The notes beneath the pieces were generated by a model. The model did not search any database, was not told where the DNA came from, and saw only the letters and a program-made list of their open reading frames with translations. From an uncultured Myxococcales bacterium (lineage in GTDB: Bacteria; Myxococcota_A; UBA9160; SZUA-336): 64,000 nucleotides of DNA. Location of the stretch: the NCBI GenBank assembly GCA_964454165.1, contig CAYVQJ010000084.1, positions 44,077 through 108,076 on the forward strand, in the 5' to 3' direction. How positions within the stretch are numbered: position 1 is the stretch's first letter; the number at the start of each line of letters is the position of its first letter. This document shows positions 62,848 through 64,000 of the stretch, one piece after another. A program made the translations under genes and the position numbers.

Positions 62848-63191
62848 CGCCGCCTCCGTGTCTTGCGCGATTGTACTCGCGCACGGGGTCTCCAGGCGTA
62901 GCGGTCGAGATCGACCCGGCCGCGGGCGTCGAAGCGGACGCCCTCCGCCTCCAGTCGGTCGCGCTGCTCGAAGTCGCCGGCGGAGGAGCGGCGCGGCGAG
63001 ACCTGGCCGCGGACGTTGATCACGCGCTGCCAGGGCACCGAGGTCGGGTCACTGACGAGCGCCGCCAGGGCCCAGCCGACCTCCCGGGCGCCGTGCGGCA
63101 GCCCCGCGAGCTCGGCGACCTGCCCGTACGTCGCCACGCGCCCTCGCGGAATGCGCGACACCACGCGGTAGATCTGCTTCCAGCGCGACAC
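62844..63191 (-). CDS. alkyltransferase-like (ATL) protein, MGMT-family DNA-binding domain with Trp replacing the acceptor Cys
   Basis: IYRVVSRIPRGRVATYGQVAELAG...VPWQRVINVRG: MGMT helix-turn-helix plus P-W-Q-R-V in place of the P-C-H-R-V active site, the hallmark of ATL proteins. GTG start ~63191; track ORF 5' extension is antisense run-on of the dioxygenase gene. Confidence 0.65.
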   Translation of the reverse strand: MSRWKQIYRVVSRIPRGRVATYGQVAELAGLPHGAREVGWALAALVSDPTSVPWQRVINVRGQVSPRRSSAGDFEQRDRLEAEGVRFDARGRVDLDRYAWRPRARVQSRKTRRRR

Positions 63192-63236
63192 CTCGCGCGC
63201 TTTACACCGAGGGAGCGCGAAAGGCAAAATCCGCGC

Positions 63237-64000
63237 ATGGCAATCTCGCAGCTCGGCTACCTGGGTCTCTCCGTCGGCAAGCTCGAGGAGTGGGAGAAGC
63301 TCGCGACGCGCGTGCTTGGCCTCGAGGTCGGGCGGCGCGGCGACGACGGCTCGCTCTTCCTGCGCATGGACGAGTACGACTGGCGGATCGCGCTGCATCC
63401 GGGCGCCGCGGACGACGTGGCGTATCTGGGCTGGGAGGTACCGGACGAGGAGGCGCTGGCCGAGGCTGTCGACCGCCTGAAGCAGCATGGTGCGACCGTG
63501 CGCGACGGCGACGCCGCAAAGCTCGAGGCCCGCGGCGTCTGCGGGCTGGTGGACGTGGTCGATCCGGCGGGCGTCGCGCACGAGATCTACTACGGCCCAC
63601 GCGTGCGCTTCGAGCAGCCGTTCCGCCCGTCGCGCGCGCACTCGGGCTTCCTGACCGGCTCGCTCGGCATCGGCCACGCCGTGCTGGTGATCCCCGACGC
63701 CGAGGCGGGTCTGCGCTTCTACCGCGACGCGCTCGGCTTCCGGATCAGCGACTACATCTTCCTGCGGCCGGCGCCGAACTTCGAGCTCAAGCTCCACTTC
63801 ATGCACGCCAACCCGCGCCACCACTCGCTGGCGTTCGCGCAGGCGCCGCTGCCGAAGCGGCTGAACCACTTCATGCTGCAGGTGCGCGAGCTCGACGACG
63901 TGGGCAAGGCACTCGACCTGTGCGCCGAGCACGGGGTGCCGATCGCGCAGACGCTCGGGCGCCACACCAACGACCACATGGTGTCGTTCTACCTGCGCAC
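63237..64000 (+). CDS. extradiol ring-cleavage dioxygenase (catechol/biphenyl-diol 2,3-dioxygenase-type, VOC superfamily), 3'-truncated by window end
   Basis: MAISQLGYLGLSVGKLEEWEKLATRVLGLEV... two VOC modules (GHAVLVIPD, HHSLAF, NHFMLQV). No stop before the window end. Confidence 0.8.
   Translation, partial: MAISQLGYLGLSVGKLEEWEKLATRVLGLEVGRRGDDGSLFLRMDEYDWRIALHPGAADDVAYLGWEVPDEEALAEAVDRLKQHGATVRDGDAAKLEARGVCGLVDVVDPAGVAHEIYYGPRVRFEQPFRPSRAHSGFLTGSLGIGHAVLVIPDAEAGLRFYRDALGFRISDYIFLRPAPNFELKLHFMHANPRHHSLAFAQAPLPKRLNHFMLQVRELDDVGKALDLCAEHGVPIAQTLGRHTNDHMVSFYLR

Noticed and set aside
1-64000. CRISPR arrays, rRNA and tRNA genes
   Set aside because: No regularly spaced direct repeats or rRNA-like conserved blocks seen. 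Intergenic regions are short (mostly <150 bp) and none showed an obvious tRNA cloverleaf on inspection. Cannot be excluded without tRNAscan/Infernal.

Overview
High-GC (~70-72%) bacterial chromosomal segment, gene-dense on both strands with many 4-nt start/stop overlaps (GTGA/ATGA). Content suggests a Myxococcota-like genome (PEP-CTERM proteins, O-antigen-ligase/TPR fusion, CotH with lamin-tail domain, thrombospondin-type-3 repeat secreted proteins); this taxonomic guess is low confidence. About 60 protein-coding genes are supported. A paralog-rich lipid/xenobiotic metabolism set is present: 4 crotonase-family enoyl-CoA hydratases, an acyl-CoA dehydrogenase/MaoC/MaoC/enoyl-CoA hydratase operon, 2 luciferase-like (LLM-class) flavin oxidoreductases, 2 cytochrome P450s, 2 short-chain dehydrogenases, several serine/alpha-beta hydrolases and esterases. 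Envelope biogenesis genes include Lgt, an O-antigen ligase-TPR fusion, a lipoprotein and two PEP-CTERM(-like) proteins. Stress genes are 2 tandem Hsp20 genes and an ECF sigma/anti-sigma pair. The first ~15 kb is unusually rich in toxin-antitoxin/defence-type modules: vapBC, a Fic protein, HEPN/minimal nucleotidyltransferase pairs and remnants, and an HNH nuclease. Accessory signals include a degenerate IS630-family element with TA-flanked inverted repeats next to a lower-GC ~2.8 kb islet that carries a paralog of a secreted protein from 30 kb upstream. Further signals are a thioredoxin-fold gene with an in-frame TGA at the active-site Cys position (selenoprotein candidate or pseudogene) and a translationally coupled trio of small secreted proteins ending in a PEP-CTERM-like tail. 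No rRNA, tRNA or CRISPR array was recognised by eye. Many long ORFs in the supplied track are antisense run-ons typical of high-GC DNA and were not called.
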